From contig JACKGL010000002.1 in assembly GCA_020631955.1 (NCBI GenBank), positions 77,860 to 141,859 on the forward strand: DNA of 64,000 nucleotides. The letters are read 5' to 3'. How positions within the stretch are numbered: position 1 is the first letter of the stretch; every line of letters starts with the position of its first letter. Position numbers and translations under genes: made by a program. Source of the DNA: Candidatus Nomurabacteria bacterium (GTDB lineage: Bacteria; Patescibacteriota; Minisyncoccia; Phycocordibacterales; UBA9973). The notes below the pieces were generated by a model, which was given only the letters and a program-made list of their open reading frames with translations, did no database searches and had not been told where the DNA came from. This document shows, piece after piece, positions 24,954 to 32,664 of this stretch.

Positions 24954-26459
24954 ATGAAACAAATAGATCAAAATAATATCCCAATATATATCATAGATAC
25001 CATAAAAACCCTTAAAAATAAGGGTTTTGAGGCATATATCGTAGGTGGTTGTGTAAGAGATCTTATCCTTAAAAGAGAACCTAAAGACTGGGACATTACG
25101 ACAAATGCCACCCCAGAAGAAATACAATCTTGTTTCATAAAAACAGTCTATGAGAACAACTTTGGTACCGTTGCTGTGGTTATAGAAAATACTGAGGAAA
25201 ATAAAAAGTATTTTTCTTCTGATGAAGATAAAAATATAATTATAGAAATAACACCTTACAGAACAGAGGGGGTGTATTCTGATGGAAGGCATCCAGACAC
25301 TGTAGCTTTTGGAAATAATCTAGAAGAAGACCTGCAGAGAAGAGATTTCACGATCAACGCTATGGCTTATGATCCTATAAACGACATTCTAAAAGACATA
25401 TATGGTGGTTTAAACGACATAGAAAAAAGAGTCATAAAAACAGTCGGGGAAGCCAAAGATAGGTTTTCTGAGGACTCTTTGAGAGTATTTCGAGCTATAA
25501 GATTTGCCGTACAGCTCGATTTTACTGTTTCACATGAAACAATAGAAGGTATTATGAGTACAAAAGAGGGTCTTGAGAGAGTTTCTAAAGAAAGGATAAG
25601 AGATGAGTTTATAAAAATAGTAGAATCTCCAAACCCTGCTTTTGCGCTAGGTTTTATGCACAAAATAGACATTTTGAAGCATATTTCCCCAGAAATAGAA
25701 GAGGGGGTGGGATGTAAGCAGGGAGGAGCTCATAAATATGATGTATTTGAACACCTTATACAGGCTCTTCAGCATGCTGCAGATAAAAACTGGCCTTTAG
25801 ATATAAGACTTTCTGCACTGTTTCATGACATAGGAAAACCAAGAACCAAAAGAGTTCCTGGTAAAAACATAAAACCTACTTTTTACGGTCATGAGGTGGT
25901 AGGCGCAAAAATGGCTAAGAAAATACTTGAAGATCTAAAGTTTTCACGTGAAACAATAGATAAGGTGGTAAAAATGGTCAGATATCACATGTTTTTCTCT
26001 GATACTGAGCAAATAAGTCTTTCAGCAGTCAGAAGAATAGTAGCCAATGTTGGACCAGAGAATATATGGGATCTGATGAAAGTCCGTGAGTGCGATAGGG
26101 TAGGTATGGCAAAAGCTGAAGCGCCATATAGACTAAGAAAATATCATGCCATGATAGAGGAGGTGATGAGAGATCCTATTTCTGTGAAACAGCTTAAAAT
26201 AAATGGCGATTACATGATAAAAGAGTTACACGTGAAACCAGGGAGACGTATGGGCTGGATGCTACACGCTCTTTTGGAAGAAGTTCTGGATGATCCAACC
26301 AAAAACGACATAGAATACCTGGTAAATCGCGTAAAAGACATGGAAAACCTAACGGACACTGACTTAAGGACACTAGGGGAAGCAGGGAAGAGTAAGAAGG
26401 ATGAACTAGAGGAAGCAGAAGTCACAGAGCTTCATAAAAAGCATAATGTAAAAAAATAA
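24954..26459 (+). CDS. cca: CCA-adding tRNA nucleotidyltransferase (class II, with HD domain)
   Basis: 501 aa. Contains GGCVRDLIL...DWDI, RRDFTINA, RALRFA-like FRAIRFAVQL and HD-domain LFHDIGKP...RYHMF. Confidence 0.9.
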   Translation: MKQIDQNNIPIYIIDTIKTLKNKGFEAYIVGGCVRDLILKREPKDWDITTNATPEEIQSCFIKTVYENNFGTVAVVIENTEENKKYFSSDEDKNIIIEITPYRTEGVYSDGRHPDTVAFGNNLEEDLQRRDFTINAMAYDPINDILKDIYGGLNDIEKRVIKTVGEAKDRFSEDSLRVFRAIRFAVQLDFTVSHETIEGIMSTKEGLERVSKERIRDEFIKIVESPNPAFALGFMHKIDILKHISPEIEEGVGCKQGGAHKYDVFEHLIQALQHAADKNWPLDIRLSALFHDIGKPRTKRVPGKNIKPTFYGHEVVGAKMAKKILEDLKFSRETIDKVVKMVRYHMFFSDTEQISLSAVRRIVANVGPENIWDLMKVRECDRVGMAKAEAPYRLRKYHAMIEEVMRDPISVKQLKINGDYMIKELHVKPGRRMGWMLHALLEEVLDDPTKNDIEYLVNRVKDMENLTDTDLRTLGEAGKSKKDELEEAEVTELHKKHNVKK

Positions 26460-26488
26460 AACCCTGAAAGATGATATAATAAAACGAT

Positions 26489-27223
26489 ATGAATAAAAAA
26501 ATAAACATATTTTTTCTTGTAATAATAGCCTTTGGGGTTTTTATTTTTTCTTATAACCAAAACCCTTCGACAGAATTCGACAAAGTATTTATTACCTTAG
26601 CGACATTTCTTTTTTCTATATTTACTGGTTTCTTTATATCAAACCAAAATGGTAGATACGGTAAGATACGCGATAATGTCTCACAATATGATGGTAGATT
26701 GAGTGGAATATATAGAGCTTCTATGCATTTCGGTGAAGAAACTCAGAAAAAAATCGGTGATATTATAGTCAGAAATTATGAACCCATAATAAAGAATAAT
26801 GAGTGGGATTATAACTTTACACATAAATCTAACACTATAATAGATATTCAAAATACACTAAAAGACTACTGTGCTGAAGAACCAAAATTCACAGAGGTAT
26901 CAAAACAGTCTATGGCTAGAGTTACTTCAGCTCTATTAGATATTCAAAGTCTACGCAAACAAATAGTAGCCCTTAGAGAAGAAAGAATCCCGAAGTTTCA
27001 GTGGGTGCTAGTAATAATATTTGCTACCATGCTTTTAATAACAGTCTCTTCTTTACCTTCCTATCATTTTATTATTGGATCTTTATTAAAAGCGGCATTT
27101 GCTGTATCTATAATTTCTGTACTATTCATCTTAAAAAGTTTTGATAACTTGGCTTTCTTCGAAGGAAGAATAGGGGAGCATTCTGCTAAAGATGTGATGG
27201 ATATAATAAAAGGAGAGAAATAA
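26489..27223 (+). CDS. hypothetical membrane protein (244 aa; DUF4239-like architecture)
   Basis: Two N-terminal and two C-terminal hydrophobic helices around a soluble middle. Family assignment is tentative. Confidence 0.45.
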   Translation: MNKKINIFFLVIIAFGVFIFSYNQNPSTEFDKVFITLATFLFSIFTGFFISNQNGRYGKIRDNVSQYDGRLSGIYRASMHFGEETQKKIGDIIVRNYEPIIKNNEWDYNFTHKSNTIIDIQNTLKDYCAEEPKFTEVSKQSMARVTSALLDIQSLRKQIVALREERIPKFQWVLVIIFATMLLITVSSLPSYHFIIGSLLKAAFAVSIISVLFILKSFDNLAFFEGRIGEHSAKDVMDIIKGEK

Positions 27224-27224
27224 A

Positions 27225-27252
27225 AAATACCGGCTAATATGCCGGTTTTTTG
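27225..27252 (+). terminator. intrinsic terminator (shared convergent region)
   Basis: ACCGGC-TAATAT-GCCGGT followed by TTTTTTG. Confidence 0.75.
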
Positions 27253-27668
27253 TAAATTATAAGATATCTTACAAAGTACACTATATTCAGTGCTTTGTAA
27301 GCATAGGTCTGTAATGAAAAAGCATCTAAGACTATACCCAGAGATCTCAGCTCTTCTTCATCACTTTCTCTGAGTTTTTGTTCCAGGGTACTGTCAGTAA
27401 AGTAGACTCCCAATATCATGCCTATGATTATCAGAGCTGTGCCTATATACTCTCTTTTCCTTCTCGGCATCACTTCTCTCACGACATAGCTCGTAGAGAA
27501 AACCTTGTCTGCTGACACATAAGTAGCAACGGAAAGTATGGTGAAAAAAAATACTGAATAAATCAGATTTTCTTCACCTACTATATAAAGTAGGTATAGG
27601 TAAGACGAAAATATAAAGCCTATAACCAAGGCCATAAACAACTTTCTTCTTCTATTATAATCTTTCAA
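27234..27668 (-). CDS. hypothetical integral membrane protein (144 aa)
   Basis: About four hydrophobic segments; no motif recognised. Confidence 0.45.
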   Translation of the reverse strand: MKDYNRRRKLFMALVIGFIFSSYLYLLYIVGEENLIYSVFFFTILSVATYVSADKVFSTSYVVREVMPRRKREYIGTALIIIGMILGVYFTDSTLEQKLRESDEEELRSLGIVLDAFSLQTYAYKALNIVYFVRYLIIYKKPAY

Positions 27669-27754
27669 AATGTACTTTTTAAAGAATGATACACCCAGAG
27701 AAGAGTATTTTCAACACTTAAAATAAAAACTCAGCCCTTGCCATAAAGACTGAG

Positions 27755-28651
27755 TTATAACCTTGGATAGAGGTTATTCTTTTGCAAGATAGCATACAAC
27801 TTTAGTATCTGATCAATACTTTTCCTGTCACTACTAGTTTGTACGTACACAGGAGTTGTTATGATCTCTGGCTCTGCTACTGCTATCTCTTTGACGACTA
27901 CATACTCGAGGCTGTTTGTAGGGTTTTGCCTTCTCTTGGCTAGTATAGAGTTTCTTATTTCCTCTATATCAGCTTCGGAGAAGTTTTTACCATACAAAAT
28001 CCTTTCGAGCTTTTTGTCTGGCTTCATGGCCCCAGAAATGACATCAGGGTCATACTCTGGACCTGGACCGAGACCTACCTTTGCTCGCCAGTCGTTACTA
28101 GCAAACTCAATTGCGTCATGCTTTCTTCCTCGACGATACACACCATCTGAGCCGCGGTCTTCTGGATAAAAACAAGCCACAGCTGGATGTATAAGCACGT
28201 GGTCATCAGGTATGTGATACTTCTCTTGCAGTATTTCAATTAAAAGCTTGGTGCTTATCAACTGAACCGGAGTAAGGGAGTTGTGATATTGCTCCAGCTC
28301 TATACTGATAGAAAACCTAGAGATAGCAGTATCACCGTTCCACATACTGTGCCCAGCATGTCCTGTATACCTCTCATCCTCTACGATGATCTCCACCAGA
28401 CCTCTTCTGTTGACCACATAATGTCCCCAAGGACCTCGTTTGAGCCACTCAGTAGTGGCAGGCCACGAGCCTTCTGTGGTATGCAGTATGATGTACATGG
28501 TGGTGTCTCGCCAACAAAGTGTGTCTTGCTGGTTTGCTAGGTTGTACTTTACCGTAAGACCATTGTCATAGGCCACCTCAGTAGGGTAGCCGTTGGACCA
28601 TACTTCTTGCGCCACAAAAACGAGCGCAAGGAAAAAGATTAGCTTTTTCAT
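27755..28651 (-). CDS. secreted N-acetylmuramoyl-L-alanine amidase (Amidase_2/PGRP-like)
   Basis: Signal-like MKKLIFFLALVFVAQEVWS. The segment IILHTTEGS...HYVVNRRG...TGHAGHSMWNG...SISIELE resembles the AmpD/T7-lysozyme fold motifs. Confidence 0.6.
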   Translation of the reverse strand: MKKLIFFLALVFVAQEVWSNGYPTEVAYDNGLTVKYNLANQQDTLCWRDTTMYIILHTTEGSWPATTEWLKRGPWGHYVVNRRGLVEIIVEDERYTGHAGHSMWNGDTAISRFSISIELEQYHNSLTPVQLISTKLLIEILQEKYHIPDDHVLIHPAVACFYPEDRGSDGVYRRGRKHDAIEFASNDWRAKVGLGPGPEYDPDVISGAMKPDKKLERILYGKNFSEADIEEIRNSILAKRRQNPTNSLEYVVVKEIAVAEPEIITTPVYVQTSSDRKSIDQILKLYAILQKNNLYPRL

Positions 28652-28761
28652 AACGCTTATTTTTGGGTTAAAAAATGAAATAACTCTTATTTATATAATA
28701 ATACAAAAATCGAATTGCAAAAAGATATACCCAAAAGAAAAATTGTGCTAATATCTTTGAT

Positions 28762-29130
28762 ATGAACGAAGAATCACTAAACAAATACAAGCAAATGTTG
28801 CTTGATGAAAAACAAACATTAGAAAAAGAGCTGGAAGAAATAGGTGTGAAAAACAAAATAGGGGACTGGGAAGCTGTTCCAGAAAAGACCGAGCAAGAAG
28901 CAGATGAGAACGACCTAGCTGACAAGTTTGAGGATTATGAAGAAAGAAGCGCTATGCTCAACTCTCTAGAAGACAGATACAACAGTATAGAGTCTGCTTT
29001 AGGAAAAATAGAAAGCGACCCTGGTTCATATGGAGTATGTAGCGTGTGCCACAATCCTATATCCACAGAAAGACTAGATGCAAACCCAGCAGCTAACACT
29101 TGTAAGATTCATATGGAAAAAAGCGAGTAA
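28762..29130 (+). CDS. DksA/TraR-family zinc-finger protein
   Basis: 122 aa. Coiled-coil N-terminal half, then CSVCHNPISTERLDANPAANTCKIH (CxxC-x17-CxxH). Confidence 0.75.
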   Translation: MNEESLNKYKQMLLDEKQTLEKELEEIGVKNKIGDWEAVPEKTEQEADENDLADKFEDYEERSAMLNSLEDRYNSIESALGKIESDPGSYGVCSVCHNPISTERLDANPAANTCKIHMEKSE

Positions 29131-29151
29131 TCGCTTTTTTCTTTTTTTGAA

Positions 29152-30690
29152 ATGAGCTTTTCTAGAGTATATGCCGCCCAACCACATCTTTTGGATGGGA
29201 AAATAGTTACAGTGGAAATAGATATAACTAGAAGTTCTTTAAATGCTTTTACAGTAGTCGGGCTACCGGACAAAGCTGTGGATGAAGCAAAAGATAGAGT
29301 ATCTTCAGCTCTTAAAAACTGTGGCTATGAAAACCCAAAAACAAAAAGTCACAAGGTGGTAATATCTTTCTCACCTGCAGATCTAAAAAAAGAAGGTGCT
29401 TATTTTGATGTAGCTATATCAATAGCCTATCTTCTTTCTTTAGGTGAACTCAACTTCAATCCAGAGAAAAAAGTTTTTCTTGGGGAGCTTTCTCTAAATG
29501 GAGAAATAAAACCTCTTAAAGGAATACTTCCTTTGGTACAAAAAGCAAAAAGTGAAGGTTTTGAAGAAATATATGTTCCAAAAGAAAATGCCAAGGAGGC
29601 TGCTTTGGTGCCTGGTATCATTGTTTATGGAACAGACAATCTAAAACAGCTAATAGGTCATCTCAAAGAAGAAAGTGAGTACAAAATAACACCCCAAGTA
29701 AATACTGAGATAAGATCAGAAAAAGAAATAAAGGTGTTTGATATTGGAGATATAAAAGGCCAAGAAACAGCAAAAAGAGGTTTGGAAATAGCTGCAGCAG
29801 GAGGACACAACATAGCTATGTGGGGACCACCAGGAACAGGTAAGACCATGCTGGCCAAAGCTTTTACCTCCTTACTACCTATGTTGGATATTGAAGAGTC
29901 TTTAGAAGTCACGGGTATACACTCCATAGCAGGATCACTCAACGAAACAATAATACAAAAACCCCCGCTGCGAAACCCACACCATACTGCTTCTTATGTA
30001 TCTTTGATAGGTGGCGGTGCCAACCCAAAGCCTGGAGAAGTCACATTAGCTCATAGAGGGGTGCTTTTTTTGGACGAGTTTCCAGAGTTCGATAAAAGAG
30101 TCTTAGAATCTCTCCGTCAGCCTTTGGAAGATAAAATAGTGACCATCTCACGAGCCAAAGGAAGTGCTACTTTTCCATCAAACTTTATACTAGTCGCTGC
30201 TATGAACCCTTGTCCTTGCGGCAACTTAGGCACAAAAGGAAAAGTTTGTAGTTGTAGACCCGCTGACCTGGCAAGATATAAAAGAAAATTATCTGGACCT
30301 ATAATGGACAGAGTAGATATATGGGTACAGGTAGCAGAAGTGGACTATGACAAACTCGCAAGCAACGAAAAAAGTGGTGATGATTCCAAGACAGTCTTGG
30401 AAAGAATAAACAAAGCAAGAAAAATGGCTGTAGAAAGATTTAGATCTGCTGGTAAAAAAATAAAAAAGAACTCCGATATGAGTGCAAAAGAAATAAATGA
30501 ATTTGTTATTTTAAATGAAAGTGATAAATCTTTATTAAATGAAAGTGCAAAAAAACTTGGTCTTTCTGGTAGGGCATATCATCGTGTGATGAAACTAGCT
30601 CGAACAATAGCAGACCTAGATGATAGTGAGAGTGTGAAGAAAGAACATATTTTGGAAGCCTTACAATACAGACCCAAAATAAATTACTAA
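29152..30690 (+). CDS. comM: YifB/ComM-family Mg-chelatase-like AAA+ ATPase
   Basis: 512 aa. Lon-protease-like N-terminal domain, Walker A GPPGTGKTMLAKA, VLFLDEFPEF and the Cys cluster PCPCG...CSC. Confidence 0.92.
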   Translation: MSFSRVYAAQPHLLDGKIVTVEIDITRSSLNAFTVVGLPDKAVDEAKDRVSSALKNCGYENPKTKSHKVVISFSPADLKKEGAYFDVAISIAYLLSLGELNFNPEKKVFLGELSLNGEIKPLKGILPLVQKAKSEGFEEIYVPKENAKEAALVPGIIVYGTDNLKQLIGHLKEESEYKITPQVNTEIRSEKEIKVFDIGDIKGQETAKRGLEIAAAGGHNIAMWGPPGTGKTMLAKAFTSLLPMLDIEESLEVTGIHSIAGSLNETIIQKPPLRNPHHTASYVSLIGGGANPKPGEVTLAHRGVLFLDEFPEFDKRVLESLRQPLEDKIVTISRAKGSATFPSNFILVAAMNPCPCGNLGTKGKVCSCRPADLARYKRKLSGPIMDRVDIWVQVAEVDYDKLASNEKSGDDSKTVLERINKARKMAVERFRSAGKKIKKNSDMSAKEINEFVILNESDKSLLNESAKKLGLSGRAYHRVMKLARTIADLDDSESVKKEHILEALQYRPKINY

Positions 30691-30724
30691 AAAATAAAGC
30701 CGGTTTTTACCGGCTTTATTTTAT
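30691..30724. terminator. bidirectional intrinsic terminator
   Basis: AATAAAGCCGGT-TTTT-ACCGGCTTTATT, with A/T runs on both sides between convergent genes. Confidence 0.8.
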
Positions 30725-31227
30725 TTCTTCTTTGTTGTTTTTTTGGCTACTTTTTTTGTGGCTTTCTTTGCTACTTTTTTTGTAGCTACTTTTTTGACTG
30801 TTGTTTTTTTAGCAGTAGGTTTTGTTGATGCTTTTTGTATATTTTGTTCAGACATCATTGTTATAAGTTGATCTAGCTTTGTATTTAGATCAGACATGCT
30901 TTTTTTCATTTCAGAAAAATCTTTTTGACCATCATTTGATCTTTGGCTACTTCCGCCTCCACGTCTATCTCTTTTGTTATCAAAACCTGATTTAGAAAAT
31001 CCTCTTTGTTGATTTCTTTGTCCTCCTTCTTTTTTACCACCAAAACATTCGCTACAAAATACTGGTTTTTCTCCAGTAGGTTTGAAAGGAACTTCACAAG
31101 TCTTACCACAGTCACTACATACTGCCTTGTACATATTTTGACTTTTTGGCTTTCCTCCTCTAAAACCTCCTCCGTTACGACCACCTCTGTCTTTACCGAA
31201 ACTATTCTTTTTGTTGTATTGTCCCAT
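30721..31227 (-). CDS. CxxC-x17-CxxC zinc-ribbon protein with RGG-like N-terminus and histone-H1-like K/A/T tail
   Basis: 168 aa. Contains GGRNGGGFRGGKPK, CSDCGKTCEVPFKPTGEKPVFCSEC, and a C-terminal KKTTVKKVATKKVAKKATKKVAKKTTKKK. Confidence 0.7.
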   Translation of the reverse strand: MGQYNKKNSFGKDRGGRNGGGFRGGKPKSQNMYKAVCSDCGKTCEVPFKPTGEKPVFCSECFGGKKEGGQRNQQRGFSKSGFDNKRDRRGGGSSQRSNDGQKDFSEMKKSMSDLNTKLDQLITMMSEQNIQKASTKPTAKKTTVKKVATKKVAKKATKKVAKKTTKKK

Positions 31228-31285
31228 ATTTTTTTATATTATTAAACTACTGTAAGAGTACTCTTTTGGTGACAAAATAGCAATA

Positions 31286-31313
31286 GCAAAACCCGCCTCT
31301 AAGGCGGGTTTTG
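31286..31313 (-). terminator. intrinsic terminator after the LysM-M23 gene
   Basis: AAACCCGCC-TCTAA-GGCGGGTTT. TTTTG follows on the minus strand. Confidence 0.8.
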
Positions 31314-31317
31314 AAAA

Positions 31318-32361
31318 TTATTTTTTATATATACTTGCTGCGAGTCCTGTGTTTCCTCTGGTTTCGAAGTGAAGGTGAGGGCCAGTAGATCTACCTGTAG
31401 AACCGAGATCTCCTATTTGTTGACCTTGGCTTACGTAGTCACCAACATTTACCCTTACTTTGGACATGTGTCCATATAGAGATTGGACACCATTTCCGTG
31501 GTCAATGATAACCATCAGACCATATCCTCCATTCCATCCACTAGACTTAGCAGCTATCACTCTACCTTCTTTTGTTGCATATATTGGTGTACCTATTTTA
31601 TTACCTATATCAAGAGCACGATAAGTACCATGTCCCCATTGGGTAACTATTCCAGATACTGGTTTTATGTATCCAGCAGAGTTGGCTTTAGATGTAGAAG
31701 TAGATGTAGAAGATGAACTACTTGAAGATTTTTTGACTACAGCAGGTGCGCTGACTTCTCCGTTTGGAATGATTATTTCAGTACCTACAGCCACAGTGTT
31801 TCCAGAAATATCGTTATATAACTTGATTTCTTCAACATCACCTTTATATTTCTTGGCTATAGAGGCTAAAGTATCTCCTTTTTTGACTATATGTTTCACA
31901 CCAGACACAGGCAGAATAAGTACCTCTTGTCCAGTTTTGAGAGCCTTTGATCTGTCTAGGTTGTTGGCCCAGACTATAGTGTTGGTAGAAACGCCAAACA
32001 TCTTGGCTATACCAGAAAGAGTATCTCCAGATTTCACAACATATAGAGTAATCTCATCTGCATCTGGGACTAATATATCTTGAGTAAAGTCATAAGCTGT
32101 ACCTATAGGCCCCATGTTGGCACTAAGAGCGGAATTATCCTTCACATCTATATCTATAAGAAGCTCTGCTGGAGTGCGGTCTGGAGCTAGGTTTGAAGCT
32201 AGAGCTATTATATTCTGAGAATTTTGACCGATAAACAGATCTGGAGCTTGAGCCTCAGTCTTTGGGAAAATACCAAAAAAGCCTTGGGCGTCTTCTCTAT
32301 AAGGCGCTAAAATAAGGGCTAATACCATGGCCACTCCGATAAATTGAATAGATCTATTCAT
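31318..32361 (-). CDS. LysM-domain M23 metallopeptidase (peptidoglycan endopeptidase)
   Basis: 347 aa. TM/signal region, two LysM repeats (YVVKSGDTLSGIAKMFGV, HIVKKGDTLASIAKKY), a poly-Ser linker and M23 motifs HGTYRALDI and GPHLHFE. Confidence 0.9.
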   Translation of the reverse strand: MNRSIQFIGVAMVLALILAPYREDAQGFFGIFPKTEAQAPDLFIGQNSQNIIALASNLAPDRTPAELLIDIDVKDNSALSANMGPIGTAYDFTQDILVPDADEITLYVVKSGDTLSGIAKMFGVSTNTIVWANNLDRSKALKTGQEVLILPVSGVKHIVKKGDTLASIAKKYKGDVEEIKLYNDISGNTVAVGTEIIIPNGEVSAPAVVKKSSSSSSSTSTSTSKANSAGYIKPVSGIVTQWGHGTYRALDIGNKIGTPIYATKEGRVIAAKSSGWNGGYGLMVIIDHGNGVQSLYGHMSKVRVNVGDYVSQGQQIGDLGSTGRSTGPHLHFETRGNTGLAASIYKK

Positions 32362-32664
32362 ATATTTTTCCCGATTTTTCGAAAAAAAGCTTATAAAATC
32401 AGGTTTTTTTATGATTTGTTTTATATTCTAAATTTTGCAAGACGGTCTATCCGCCTTATCGTTACCTATATATCAGTATATCCCTTGGTTGCCACTGGGT
32501 GCTCATGTCTGTATATACTAAGACTAGCAGTTATAAAATAGTAGTCAACCTCATTTGTGGGAAAGATGTTAAACTAGACATATAGCAAATTTTGTTGTAA
32601 AATGTGAATATTAAGATTTATATTTATATAAATCAACATTATCATAATATAATATTATTTATAT

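Noticed and set aside
24774-25292. 172-aa minus-strand ORF
   Set aside because: It overlaps tRNA-Gly(TCC) and the 5' part of cca in antisense. It is hydrophobic junk composition.
30906-31245. ORFs 30906..31184 (-) and 31006..31245 (+) overlapping the CxxC zinc-ribbon gene
   Set aside because: They are alternative-frame or antisense readings of a repetitive K/G-rich gene. The zinc-ribbon frame has the recognisable motif.
32362-32664. 303-nt spacer upstream of the LysM-M23 peptidase, considered as a possible c-di-AMP (ydaO-type) or other riboswitch
   Set aside because: I could not find the conserved ydaO sequence blocks or a convincing pseudo-two-fold structure by eye. The spacer is mostly A/T and is more simply a divergent promoter region. 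An Infernal scan would settle it.
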